Shown here piece by piece: positions 30,170-41,387 of a stretch of DNA of 64,000 nucleotides. Positions within the stretch are counted from its first letter, which is position 1. Each line of letters begins with the position of its first letter. This stretch comes from Kofleriaceae bacterium (GTDB lineage Bacteria; Myxococcota_A; Polyangia; Haliangiales; Haliangiaceae). The notes below the pieces were generated by a model. The model was not told the DNA's origin. It was given only the letters and a program-made list of their open reading frames with translations, and made no database searches. The DNA is taken from contig CBDCCZ010000005.1 in the NCBI GenBank assembly GCA_965215005.1, positions 1-64,000 of the forward strand, read 5' to 3'. A program made the translations under genes and the position numbers.

Positions 30170-31570
30170 TTACGACTCATCGTCGACGAAAGCGGGCGCC
30201 GCAGCGACGAGCTCTTCGGCTGCTCGCTGCTCTTCGAGCACCAACACCACGCCTTCACCGGTGCATTCTACGAACAGCGCCGAGTCGCTGCTGGTGGTGG
30301 CCGGTGCTACCGCGCGCGGCACGACCCGGCCGATCCAACCCGCCAGCACGCCGGCGTCGACATATAGCACCCGTTCTGGAGCGAGCTTGACTGCAAGCAG
30401 CGGCTTGCCGGCGCGAAACGCCACCGAGCCCTGGCCGCGAAACTGCACCATTTGGATGGTGGCGTCCGAGCCGGGAACGCGGCCGTTCTCCCAACGCAGC
30501 TGCGGCTCGAACGCAAAGACCAGGTCTTCGCGGAGATAAAAAATGTCGTCGTCGAGGGTGACCGCGAAGAACTCGCTGCCGCCGATGGGTGCGGCAATTA
30601 AATGGCCCTGCCCGGTGACCACGAACATCGGCCGGCTGCTATCGCCAAAGGGCTCCTTGGTCACCGTGCCGCGGACCCGCCGCGTCGCTCGCTCATAGCC
30701 GAGCTCGCCGCCGGTGACGTTCACTCCTTCGGTACGCGCATACATCTTGCCACTCACGCGCACGATCAACAGACCACCGGCGCTGAGCTCGAAGGGATGA
30801 TCGCCATCTTCGGGACGCACCAGGCGCGAGGTCGCTAGCTCCGAGAGCGGCTGCGGCGGCCGATGACCGGTGGCAACGCGACGCACCGCCGCGGTCGCTG
30901 CCGAGGACGGCGCCGCCTGCTCGACGGCGCGGGTGATGATGCCTTCGCGCTCGATCGGCGCGCTCACCGTTCCATCGCCCGCTGCCTGCCCATCGCCCGC
31001 TGCCTGCCGCCTTCGTCGCGGTTGAATCAGTCCCGACTGGGTCTGCTCCCGCCGCTGGCTGGAGCCGTTGGCGTCGATGGCACGACGCTCATCCGCCGCC
31101 AAATGCTGTTCCATTTCGCGCGCCAAATCGCCCTGCCCGGCCTGCAAGAACGCCCGATAGGCATCGGCGTATTGGCCACTGCGCGCGAACGCGAGCCCGA
31201 GATAGCCAACCGCGCGACTCTGGCTCGGGTCGAGCTCGCGACAGCGCTCGAGCTCCGCAATCGCCGCACGCGGGTTGCCGAGCTTGAGATGCACCAGGCC
31301 CAGGTTCAAGTGATACGAAGCGTCCTCGGGCTCGAGCGCCACCAGTTGCTGATACACCGGCAGGGCCGCAGCGAAATCCGCCAAACGAAAGTAAGCCAGT
31401 CCGAGAAGGCCAAGACCTTTGCGATCGTCTGGCCGCAGCTCGAGGGCCTTTGCGAGCTCTTCGCGCGCATCGAGCACCCGATCCTGACGAAGCAGCTCGC
31501 CGGCTGCCATCAGATGCTGCTCGAAGGGATCTAGCCCCGTGATGCGCTCACTCTCGACCACGTCCTGCAT
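30170..31570 (-). CDS. TPR-repeat protein with C-terminal AIM24-like domain
   Basis: N-terminal TPR patterns (LGLAYF, NLGLVHL, YLGLAF); C-terminal [29 protein letters not shown]. Confidence 0.75.
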   Translation of the reverse strand: MQDVVESERITGLDPFEQHLMAAGELLRQDRVLDAREELAKALELRPDDRKGLGLLGLAYFRLADFAAALPVYQQLVALEPEDASYHLNLGLVHLKLGNPRAAIAELERCRELDPSQSRAVGYLGLAFARSGQYADAYRAFLQAGQGDLAREMEQHLAADERRAIDANGSSQRREQTQSGLIQPRRRRQAAGDGQAAGDGTVSAPIEREGIITRAVEQAAPSSAATAAVRRVATGHRPPQPLSELATSRLVRPEDGDHPFELSAGGLLIVRVSGKMYARTEGVNVTGGELGYERATRRVRGTVTKEPFGDSSRPMFVVTGQGHLIAAPIGGSEFFAVTLDDDIFYLREDLVFAFEPQLRWENGRVPGSDATIQMVQFRGQGSVAFRAGKPLLAVKLAPERVLYVDAGVLAGWIGRVVPRAVAPATTSSDSALFVECTGEGVVLVLEEQRAAEELVAAAPAFVDDES

Positions 31571-31620
31571 TAAAGGGCGCGGCGGCCGGCGCCGTCAAGC
31601 AGCCCTTGACGACGCCCGCT

Positions 31621-32319
31621 TCACCGCGCCGCGTGTTGCGGGGCGTAAGCGAGCTCCTTGTAGCGCTGATAGTGCTCCAGCACCGAATGTACATAGCGGC
31701 GGGTACGGCGGTACGGCGGAACGGTGTCGCCGTATTTCGCCAGGGAGCCCATCCCGGCGTGATAGCCGGCAATCGTAAGCAGGATGTCGCCGTCGTAGCG
31801 GTTGGCCAGAATGCGGAGCAGTCGGGTGCCGCCGAGAATATTCTCGCGCGGGTCGAACACGTCCTGAACGCCCATCTCCTGCGAAACCAACGGCATCAGC
31901 TGCATGAGACCTCTGGCGTCCATCGATGAGATCACCCGCGGGTCGTAGTCGGACTCCACTTTGATGACCGCGCGAATCAGCGCCGGCGGGATCTCGTAGA
32001 GCGCGGCGGCTTCGGCGATGAAGTGATCGTAGCGATGAAACCGATCGGGCGAGGTATCCTGAGCCGGCACCGTATCGCAGCGCTCACAGCGGCCGCGACG
32101 CGCAGCGACCTTGGTATTCGCATCCGGGTCTTCGCGCAGCACCCGCTGCCACTCCGCCGTTTGACCGCCGCTGGGGGCGACGTTGGTGAGATACACGATG
32201 CCGTCAGCGTCGACCCGACGATAGATGTCGGCCGCGGCCGGACGCGCTGATCCGAGGATCAGCGCACAACCCAACGCCACGACAATCCAGCTGCAGGCCC
32301 CCCAAGCCATCCTTGCCAT
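31621..32319 (-). CDS. Soluble lytic transglycosylase (DUF4124 + SLT)
   Basis: IYRRVDADG..YLTN; AVIKVES, ARGLMQLMP, NILGGTR, YHAG. Confidence 0.9.
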   Translation of the reverse strand: MARMAWGACSWIVVALGCALILGSARPAAADIYRRVDADGIVYLTNVAPSGGQTAEWQRVLREDPDANTKVAARRGRCERCDTVPAQDTSPDRFHRYDHFIAEAAALYEIPPALIRAVIKVESDYDPRVISSMDARGLMQLMPLVSQEMGVQDVFDPRENILGGTRLLRILANRYDGDILLTIAGYHAGMGSLAKYGDTVPPYRRTRRYVHSVLEHYQRYKELAYAPQHAAR

Positions 32320-32374
32320 GGTAACGCGTTGCCAGTTGTCGCGCAAAAGCATCCGCAAGGAGTAGATTCGGACG

Positions 32375-33967
32375 ATGTCTCGTGTCCTAGAGACGGATTA
32401 TCTCGTCATCGGCTCCGGAATCGCCGGCCTCTACTTCGCGATGAACGCCGCCGAGCACGGCCGAGTGGTCATCGCGACCAAGAAGCGCCCAAGCGACACC
32501 GCCACCAACTGGGCGCAAGGCGGCATCGCCGCGGTGCTCTCCGAGGACGACACGCTCGAAGAGCACGTCGAGGACACCCTCACGGTAGGAGATGGACTGT
32601 GCCGCCGTGAAATCGTCGAGCTGTGCGTGCGGGAAGGCCCGGCGCACGTGCGCCGACTCGCCGAGATGGGAGTTCGCTTCGCCCGGCAGGACGCCGGTGG
32701 CTTCGAGCTCACCCGCGAGGGCGGCCACAACAAGCGGCGCGTGGCGCACTACAAGGACATCACCGGCCAGGAAATTCAGCGGGTCCTGCTCGACGCGGTG
32801 CAGCGCCACCCAAACATCACCATCCTCGACGACCACATCGCCGTCGACCTGCTGTCGATGGCCAAATACGGCGGTGAGGCGGCGTGCTTTGGCGCCTACG
32901 TCCTCGACAACGCCTCTGGGCAGGTAGCGACCATCGTCGCCAGAGCCACGATTCTGGCCACCGGCGGCGCCGGCAAGGTTTACATCTATACCTCCAATCC
33001 CGACGTGGCCACGGGAGACGGCATCGCCATGGCCTATCGAATTGGCGCTGCGGTGGCCAATCTCGAGTTCACCCAGTTTCACCCAACGGTTCTCTACCAC
33101 CCGCACGCCAAGTCGTTTCTCATCTCCGAGGCGCTGCGCGGCGAAGGCGGCATCCTGCGGTTGGTCGATGGCCGCGAATTCATGCAGGACTACCACCCGC
33201 TGCAGTCCCTGGGACCGCGCGACGTGGTCGCCCGCGCCATCGACAACGAGCTCAAGAAGTCGGGCGCCGATGCGGTCTTTCTCGATATGACCCACCTAGA
33301 CGCCGACTTCGTGCGCAGCCGCTTTCCAACCATCGCGGAGCGCTGCTTGGAGCTCGGAATCGACGTGACCAAGCAGGGCATTCCGGTGGTCCCGGCCGCC
33401 CACTACATGTGCGGCGGCGTGCTCGTCGATGACGCCGGGCGCACCACCATTCGCAACTTGTTCGCCATCGGCGAGACCACCTGCACGGGCCTCCACGGAG
33501 CCAACCGGTTGGCCTCGAACTCACTGCTCGAAGGGCTGGTGTTTGGCGCGCGCGCGGCCGACGCGGTGCGGCAGGCACCGAGCATGCGACCGCAATCGGT
33601 CGCGGCGTGGAGCTCGGGCAACGCCACCGACTCCAACGACGCCATCGTGGTGGCGCTCAACTGGGAAGAGATTCGCCGGTTCATGTGGTCCTACGTGGGC
33701 ATCGTGCGCAGCGACAAGCGCATCGAGCGCGCGCGGCACCGCATCGAGCTGTTGCGCCAGGAAATCACCGAGTACTACTGGGACTTCAAAGTCGACGCCG
33801 ACATCGTCGAGCTGCGCAACCTCGCGCTGGTGGCGCACCTGACCATCGAGTGCGCCCGGCGGCGGAAAGAGAGCCGCGGGATCCACTTCACCCTCGACTA
33901 CCCAGACCATCTCGGCGAGGCCAAGGACACCATTGTTCATCCCACCGATGGGCCACCGCCGCGCTGA
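32375..33967 (+). CDS. nadB: L-aspartate oxidase
   Basis: IGSGIAG, WAQGGIA, REGGH, QFHPT, LISEALRGEG, AHYMCGG, GLHGANRLASNSLLE. Confidence 0.96.
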   Translation: MSRVLETDYLVIGSGIAGLYFAMNAAEHGRVVIATKKRPSDTATNWAQGGIAAVLSEDDTLEEHVEDTLTVGDGLCRREIVELCVREGPAHVRRLAEMGVRFARQDAGGFELTREGGHNKRRVAHYKDITGQEIQRVLLDAVQRHPNITILDDHIAVDLLSMAKYGGEAACFGAYVLDNASGQVATIVARATILATGGAGKVYIYTSNPDVATGDGIAMAYRIGAAVANLEFTQFHPTVLYHPHAKSFLISEALRGEGGILRLVDGREFMQDYHPLQSLGPRDVVARAIDNELKKSGADAVFLDMTHLDADFVRSRFPTIAERCLELGIDVTKQGIPVVPAAHYMCGGVLVDDAGRTTIRNLFAIGETTCTGLHGANRLASNSLLEGLVFGARAADAVRQAPSMRPQSVAAWSSGNATDSNDAIVVALNWEEIRRFMWSYVGIVRSDKRIERARHRIELLRQEITEYYWDFKVDADIVELRNLALVAHLTIECARRRKESRGIHFTLDYPDHLGEAKDTIVHPTDGPPPR

Positions 33968-34055
33968 GGTCGTGGTCGCTCCTCGTGAGTCCGCCGCGGC
34001 CAGTATCGTGCCGGCATCGCAGGCAACGCGCGGTCGCGGGAGGTACCGTCCGCAG

Positions 34056-34766
34056 GTGTCACTGCGCGTTCTGAGCTGGTTGACGTGCCTGGTGCTCGGC
34101 TGTGGGGGAGCCGCTGGCAACGCCTCGACCCCGCCCGCCGCCACCGGCGTTCGCGCCTACGTCGCGACGCTCGAGTCAGGCGATCCGCGCGCGGCCTATG
34201 CCCTGCTCAGCAGCGACGCCAAGGCGATGATGCCGTATGAAGAGTTCGTGATGCAGTGGCGGCAGAGCGCAGCCGAACGGCGCATGCAGGCTCAAGCTCT
34301 CCGCGAGAGCCTCAAGGGCGATCCAGCGCTCGGCGAGCGCGCCCGCGTCGCCTATCGCGACGGCCGCAGCGCGCAGCTGGTGCGCGAAGCAAACGCATGG
34401 CGTCTCGAGGCACCCCTGGTGACGCGAGCCCAGGCCTCGCGACCACGCGATGCCATCGAGATATTTCTCGCCGCGCTGACAGCGCGCGACGTCGATGCCG
34501 TGCTGCAAATCCTCACCGAGCGGCGCGCCGCCGGGATCCGCGACCAGCTCGAGCGCTTTCTGACGAGCCTCGCAGCCAATCAAGGCGCCGACATCGACAT
34601 CATCGGCGGCGAGCGCGCCGAGCTGCGCTGGGAAGCCGGCGGCCTGCAGTACAAAATCGTGGTGCGCAAAGAAGGGCAAGCGTGGCGCATCGACGACGTC
34701 CACATGCAGCCGGTGCCGGCCAGCGAAGCCACCTCGGCAGAGGAACCCATCGACTCAGGTGACTAG
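34056..34766 (+). CDS. Hypothetical lipoprotein
   Basis: GTG start after GGGAGG; lipobox VLGC; two similar helix+strand halves, each ending in WR(L/I). Confidence 0.65.
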   Translation: MSLRVLSWLTCLVLGCGGAAGNASTPPAATGVRAYVATLESGDPRAAYALLSSDAKAMMPYEEFVMQWRQSAAERRMQAQALRESLKGDPALGERARVAYRDGRSAQLVREANAWRLEAPLVTRAQASRPRDAIEIFLAALTARDVDAVLQILTERRAAGIRDQLERFLTSLAANQGADIDIIGGERAELRWEAGGLQYKIVVRKEGQAWRIDDVHMQPVPASEATSAEEPIDSGD

Positions 34767-34880
34767 TTTGTCGCCGCGGGGTTGATGACGCAGAAATCCG
34801 CCGCCCCGATGCGGGGCAAGAGATTTCTGCTGCTCAGGCGCCTCCTTCGGCGTCTCCCCAAGCGATGGGTGTTTTTCTAG
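34763..34880 (+). repeat. Dispersed CTAG-bounded structured repeat, copy A
   Basis: 39-nt and 25-nt blocks are identical to the reverse complement of 51410-51448 and 51357-51381. CTAG lies at both ends. Confidence 0.9.
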
Positions 34881-34905
34881 CGATTCACGGCGTAAGCCGC
34901 ACTCG

Positions 34906-35583
34906 TCAGTTGCCTTCGCGAAAATCGCCGCCACAGCTCGCAGCAGGAACAGGGTCACCCTCACTGCCTCGCAGCCGAGCCCCTCGATCCGTGACGGTGA
35001 AGGTCCAACGATGTTCTTCTATACAGCCGCTGAGGCAATCCCCTCCACGCGCAATCAGGACAACCTCCCAGCCAGCATCGGTCTCGACGAGCTCGATGGA
35101 ATCACCGTCTCCGTAGGCAGGACTCGCCTCAGCATATAGCTCACCAAACTCGCCGTCATTCATCACCTGCGCAAGCCTATCCGTCCTCAGCGGTTGAGCG
35201 AACTCAACGAGATAGGTGGCGAAGGCCTCTGATACCGACACCGCATCGTACTCCTCGAGCACGCTATCCAGCCGCGCGATTCCAGTGCGCACTCGGCCGG
35301 CAGTCCACGCCTGCGCTGCGGCCTCCGGAGGATACTCCACTACGATGCGGCGATAGTCCTGCTCGGGGTACACGCCAATGCAAGCGAGCTCCGGGGCGAC
35401 CCGCCATACCTCATCCAACACTTCTACTTGAAGGCGCTTAGCAAGCTCTGCATCCAAGGCAATGCCCTCTTGCATCCGCAACGCTAACCGGCGGGCCTGC
35501 TCAGAGACCTCCGTCTCGCCATCCGTGCAAGAACCGCCAAGAAGCAATAGCAGGGACGACACGCAAGGCCACTTCAATGACAT
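34906..35583 (-). CDS. Hypothetical lipoprotein
   Basis: Lipobox-like LGGSC, AAGGA RBS, C-terminal GGDCLSGCI...W.F.V motif. Confidence 0.6.
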   Translation of the reverse strand: MSLKWPCVSSLLLLLGGSCTDGETEVSEQARRLALRMQEGIALDAELAKRLQVEVLDEVWRVAPELACIGVYPEQDYRRIVVEYPPEAAAQAWTAGRVRTGIARLDSVLEEYDAVSVSEAFATYLVEFAQPLRTDRLAQVMNDGEFGELYAEASPAYGDGDSIELVETDAGWEVVLIARGGDCLSGCIEEHRWTFTVTDRGARLRGSEGDPVPAASCGGDFREGN

Positions 35584-36076
35584 TTCGCAGTTCCTTCGTA
35601 CTTAGAGCTTAGCTGTTCAATCGCGCCACTGGAGATCCAGCGGGTCTGTAGATAGTCGAGCGCATCGCTAGAGCCGCGGAAGTCCACGCATGTTAAACCG
35701 CAGAAGTCCCGGAAGAGTGTAGAAAGAGCGCGGCTCGCTGGTGTTGGCGCAAGGCATGCGCACCGTCGCGCACGGTCTGGGAACGAGAGCGAGCGAAACC
35801 AGGTTGAGCGAGTCCCCCTTCGCAACACGCGTCGACGAGGTCCGGGTCCATGACGTCACGTGGTTACCCGGCAACCATGGCTGGATGCCGCACACGCCGC
35901 CGCCAGAACCCGTGCCACTGGAAGTAATGGGGCGACCGAATCCGGTAATTGTGGGTGAGCGTAACTTCGAGTGAGGGCGGCGCTGCCCTCGCCCGGCTTG
36001 GGGGAAGTCGTGGTATAGGCTACCCTTCCGCGCACGGCGGCCATGATGGCCGCGCAGTTAGAGGAGAATCACGAAT

Positions 36077-37771
<1,695 letters not shown>

Positions 37772-37808
37772 CGCGGGGGCGCTCGAGCAGCGAAATCGGG
37801 GGGAATCG

Positions 37809-40265
37809 ATGAACATCCGGCTGGCGTTGTTGGTGTCACTTACGAGCGCCGTGGTGAGCTGCGGCGATGATCTGCCGCCAACCGTGGCGCAGGTGGCGGG
37901 GCTTGAGGTCGCGGTCTATCCCTCGCCTGCGCGCATCGTGGTGACCGCCCCCGATGGCACGGTGCTGTTTGATGGTCTGCCAGGCGGTGCCGTCGGCCAA
38001 CAACCGCCGCACGTCGCCGCGGCGGTCCGCACCGCCGAAGCCAGCTGGGACTTTCAGTTTGGCTCGTTCCGTATCGACGAGCTGCCGAGCAGTGAAGGCT
38101 GGCGCGGCATCGCCCGGTTTGCGGACCTCCGCAGCGACTCCACCGGCATTGCCTTTGACTTGATAGATGCAAAGGGCCGGGCCGCCGGCACCGGGCAGCT
38201 CAGCGGCGACATGCACCTAACACTCACGCTCGAAGCAAGCGAAGGCAATCGCATGAGTGTTGCCTTTGACTGTCGCGCCGATGAGCACTTTCTCGGCCTC
38301 GGGGGCCAGTCGTGGGACGTTGATCATCGCGGTCAGACGGTCCCGCTTTGGGTGCAAGAAGACGGCATCGGCAAGGCCGAGAGTGACGACTACTTCGCGC
38401 CGCCATTGCCGTGGTTCGTTTCCGGCCGCCGCCACTCCACCCATACGCCCATGCCCATGTACGTCTCGAGCCGCGGCTACGCGCTGGCGCTCGACACGCA
38501 GTATCGGTCGATTTTCTCGCTGTGCTCCGAAGCGGAAGATGTGGTGCGTCTCGAGGCGTGGGAGGGGCGTATTGCGCTCCATCTCTTCCATGGGCCCTCT
38601 CCCCTGCAGTCGATCGAAAAGATGACGGCCTGGGTCGGCCGGCCAACATTGCCACCGGCGTTTGCCTTCGCTCCGTGGATCGACGCCATCTATGGCAGTG
38701 CCAACGTGCGAGACGTTGCCGAGCGGCTACGAGCATCCAATGTCGCCGCCAGCGTTCTGTGGACCGAAGATTGGCGCGGCGCCGTTGAAGGCAACCTCGG
38801 ATATGTCCTGGAGGAAGACTGGCGAGTCGATCGCGATCTCTATCCAGACTTCTCCGAGCTAACCCAGTCGCTACACGAGCAAGGCTACAAGCTGCTCATC
38901 TATCACAATGCCTTTCTCGACGAATCCGCCGACGTGTATCCAGAGGCTATCGCCAACGGCTACACGATAGAAAATGCCGACGGCAGCCCATACTTGTTTA
39001 CCGGCGTAAAGTTCCGCGAGACGACACTCTTGGATCTGTCGAATCCCGAGGCGCGCACGTGGGCCCAGTCGGTCTATCGCGAGAGTCTCGAGCTCGGTGC
39101 AGATGGCTACATGGCCGACTACGGCGAGTGGCTACCGGTCGACGCCACCCTCGCCTCTGGCGAAGACCCCCTCGCGGCCCACAACGCCTATCCGGTGGAG
39201 TGGCATCGACTGCATAAAGATCTCCTCGACGAGCTCTACGCCGAAGATGGGATCGAGCGGCTGTTCTTCGTGCGCTCCGCCTATCTCGGCTCACAGCCGC
39301 TGGTGTCTGTGGTGTGGGCGGGCGATCAACAAACCGACTTTTCTTTAGGAGACGGACTGCCCTCGGTCATCCCCATGGGAATCGGCTTGGGAGTTACCGG
39401 ATTTCCATATTACGGGCATGACATCGCCGGCTACATGAGTCAGCTCACCATTCCGGTCACCGAGGAGCTCTGGTATCGCTGGGTGACGCTTGGCGCGCTA
39501 TCGCCCGTCATGCGCACCCATCATGGTCGCGCCGCCCGCGAGAACTGGCGCTGGGACACCGATGCCGCCGCCACCGCTCACATGGCGCGGTGGACGCAAC
39601 TGCATCTGAAGCTGTTTCCGTATCTCTACGGCCTCGCCGAACGCGCCGCCGCTACCGGCGAGCCCATGTTTCGCCCGTTGGCGCTGACATTCCCCGACTT
39701 CGAGCCCGGCTGGACGGCAACGGATCAATACATGCTTGGCGACCGCATCGTCGTGGCGCCAATCGTCGAGCAGGGCGCCACGTCGCGAACCGTGTTGCTT
39801 CCAGATAGCGAGCGGTTCTTTCCGCTGCTCGGCGGGGCTGCGGTGACGGGCACCGTCACGGCAGCGGCAGCCAAGGAAGACATTCCCGTGTTCGTGCGCG
39901 CTGGCTCGGTGCTGGTGATGCTGCCGGATGGGGTCGACACCGTGGTCGACGCAGCCGCTACCCCTGCGGTAACCACGCTCGCCGACGTGAGCGATGATCG
40001 CGACGTCTGGCTCTATCCCGACGGCTCCTCGAGCTGGACCGAAGCTGGCGGCACGCTCACATATGCGTGGGAAGCCACCACCATGGCTAGGGCGCCAACG
40101 GCGGCAGACTTCAACGGCCAACCGATCGAGCTGGTCCGCGCAGAGGGCTTCCTTACGATGAACGTCACCGGCAACGGCACCTTGACCTTCGAGGGCGGTG
40201 GCACGCTCACCATCGCCGGAGGCGCCGACCAGCGCGAGCTCACGGTTCGCCTCTACCTGCCGTAG
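37809..40265 (+). CDS. GH31 glycoside hydrolase, lipoprotein
   Basis: Lipobox VVSC; nucleophile YMADYGE, HNAYP, acid/base WAGDQ, GHDIAGY, VMRTHHG, DQYMLG. Confidence 0.9.
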   Translation: MNIRLALLVSLTSAVVSCGDDLPPTVAQVAGLEVAVYPSPARIVVTAPDGTVLFDGLPGGAVGQQPPHVAAAVRTAEASWDFQFGSFRIDELPSSEGWRGIARFADLRSDSTGIAFDLIDAKGRAAGTGQLSGDMHLTLTLEASEGNRMSVAFDCRADEHFLGLGGQSWDVDHRGQTVPLWVQEDGIGKAESDDYFAPPLPWFVSGRRHSTHTPMPMYVSSRGYALALDTQYRSIFSLCSEAEDVVRLEAWEGRIALHLFHGPSPLQSIEKMTAWVGRPTLPPAFAFAPWIDAIYGSANVRDVAERLRASNVAASVLWTEDWRGAVEGNLGYVLEEDWRVDRDLYPDFSELTQSLHEQGYKLLIYHNAFLDESADVYPEAIANGYTIENADGSPYLFTGVKFRETTLLDLSNPEARTWAQSVYRESLELGADGYMADYGEWLPVDATLASGEDPLAAHNAYPVEWHRLHKDLLDELYAEDGIERLFFVRSAYLGSQPLVSVVWAGDQQTDFSLGDGLPSVIPMGIGLGVTGFPYYGHDIAGYMSQLTIPVTEELWYRWVTLGALSPVMRTHHGRAARENWRWDTDAAATAHMARWTQLHLKLFPYLYGLAERAAATGEPMFRPLALTFPDFEPGWTATDQYMLGDRIVVAPIVEQGATSRTVLLPDSERFFPLLGGAAVTGTVTAAAAKEDIPVFVRAGSVLVMLPDGVDTVVDAAATPAVTTLADVSDDRDVWLYPDGSSSWTEAGGTLTYAWEATTMARAPTAADFNGQPIELVRAEGFLTMNVTGNGTLTFEGGGTLTIAGGADQRELTVRLYLP

Positions 40266-40337
40266 TCGGGCCCCATACGGAACCTCTGCTCACCAGCAGA
40301 ATCACGCGCAGCACTAGCGCGTACGCGGGCTTACGCG

Positions 40338-40353
40338 GGGCACGTGCGTTGCA
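40338..40353 (+). promoter_or_regulatory. Sigma-54 promoter
   Basis: GGGCACGTGCGTTGCA differs from TGGCACG-N4-TTGCW only at the first base; it lies ~47 nt upstream of a GTG start with GGAGG RBS. Confidence 0.7.
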
Positions 40354-40399
40354 CTCGGGTGGCGGTGCACCTCAAACCAACGGTGCACGGAGGTCGCTC

Positions 40400-41164
40400 G
40401 TGAAAGCCGTAGGTCAACTCGCTTCGCTCATCTCAATCCCGGCGCTGCTCGCCGCTTCCGCCCTCGTCACCGGGTGCAGCTCCAGCACGGCCGATGCCCC
40501 TGCTCCAGATGCGATGACAATGCCCACTGGGGGAGGCGATCCAATCGATCCAGGCGCAGGCACCGACGCTGGAACCATCGATCCAGGGCCTGCAGCCAAC
40601 TGCGCCGCGCCAGCCACGTTAGGGGAGCTCGCTGCTCCACCCGCTGCCACCATCACCGCCAATAACCAGCAGGGCGGCGGGGTCGCGTTGACTACGGGAT
40701 TTCTCCTCGACCAGACCGCGACCCCTGATGTCCTCTTGATCGGCTTCTGGGAGGGGCTCGGCGTCTTTACCAATGGCTTCGCGCCGGGCACCTATGACAT
40801 CGCCGGCGCTGAAACTGACTTCGCCGCTTGTGGAGCTTGCATTTTCGTTGGCGCCGATGTCGATGCTCAAGGAAACAGCGCGCAGCTACTCATGGCCCAG
40901 AGCGGCACGCTAACCATCACCGCCATCGACCCGAACCCCGGCCAAGGCCGTGTGACCGGTTCCTTTAGCAATGTCCAGCTTGCGGAGGTCGAGGTCTCAC
41001 CGGACAACGTCCAGACCGTGGTCCCAAATGGCTGCACGTCGAGCCTTACGACCTTCAACTTCGATCTGGCCGTCCAGCCGCCGATGAATGGAGCCTTCGC
41101 CCCGATCACTAAGTCTTCTTCTTCGCTGTCTATCAGCGACGATATGCCGCTCCAGAATCAGTAG
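40400..41164 (+). CDS. Hypothetical lipoprotein
   Basis: Lipobox VTGC, Pro/Asp linker, Cys-containing beta domain (ACGAC). Confidence 0.7.
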   Translation: MKAVGQLASLISIPALLAASALVTGCSSSTADAPAPDAMTMPTGGGDPIDPGAGTDAGTIDPGPAANCAAPATLGELAAPPAATITANNQQGGGVALTTGFLLDQTATPDVLLIGFWEGLGVFTNGFAPGTYDIAGAETDFAACGACIFVGADVDAQGNSAQLLMAQSGTLTITAIDPNPGQGRVTGSFSNVQLAEVEVSPDNVQTVVPNGCTSSLTTFNFDLAVQPPMNGAFAPITKSSSSLSISDDMPLQNQ

Positions 41165-41174
41165 TGAGTCACGA

Positions 41175-41206
41175 GCCGCCATCGAAAGAGTCTCTCCGAT
41201 GGCGGC
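41175..41206 (+). terminator. Stem-loop after the lipoprotein gene
   Basis: 10-bp stem GCCGCCATCG/CGATGGCGGC; no clear U-tract. Confidence 0.5.
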
Positions 41207-41387
41207 CTGACCACATCTTTCGCGGCGACCGCGCTCTCTTTCATGGGCCTACAGTGCGACGCGAGTAACCCGCCACACGCTCCTTACAACAAACGCAAAC
41301 TCTCAGACGTCAAACCACGTCATGCGAGAAGTTGTTGCTTGATCCACTCGAGAGTGCCCCCTAGCCTCGCTGTTGGGGGAATCTAGA

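Noticed and set aside
30970..31010. 18-bp tandem duplication (QAAGDG x2), and a similar one near 42253-42290
   Set aside because: Ordinary in-frame duplications in low-complexity linkers.
34755..34964. Small ORFs spanning the dispersed repeat (shared peptide PSLGETPK in both copies)
   Set aside because: The peptide similarity follows from the DNA repeat; starts, lengths and frames differ between copies.
35600..36070. Possible SRP RNA or other ncRNA upstream of ffh, and a 72-aa ORF at 35756-35974
   Set aside because: No SRP helix-8 motif was found, and the ORF has no clear RBS or family motif. Only short inverted repeats (35671-35736, 36037-36053) are visible.
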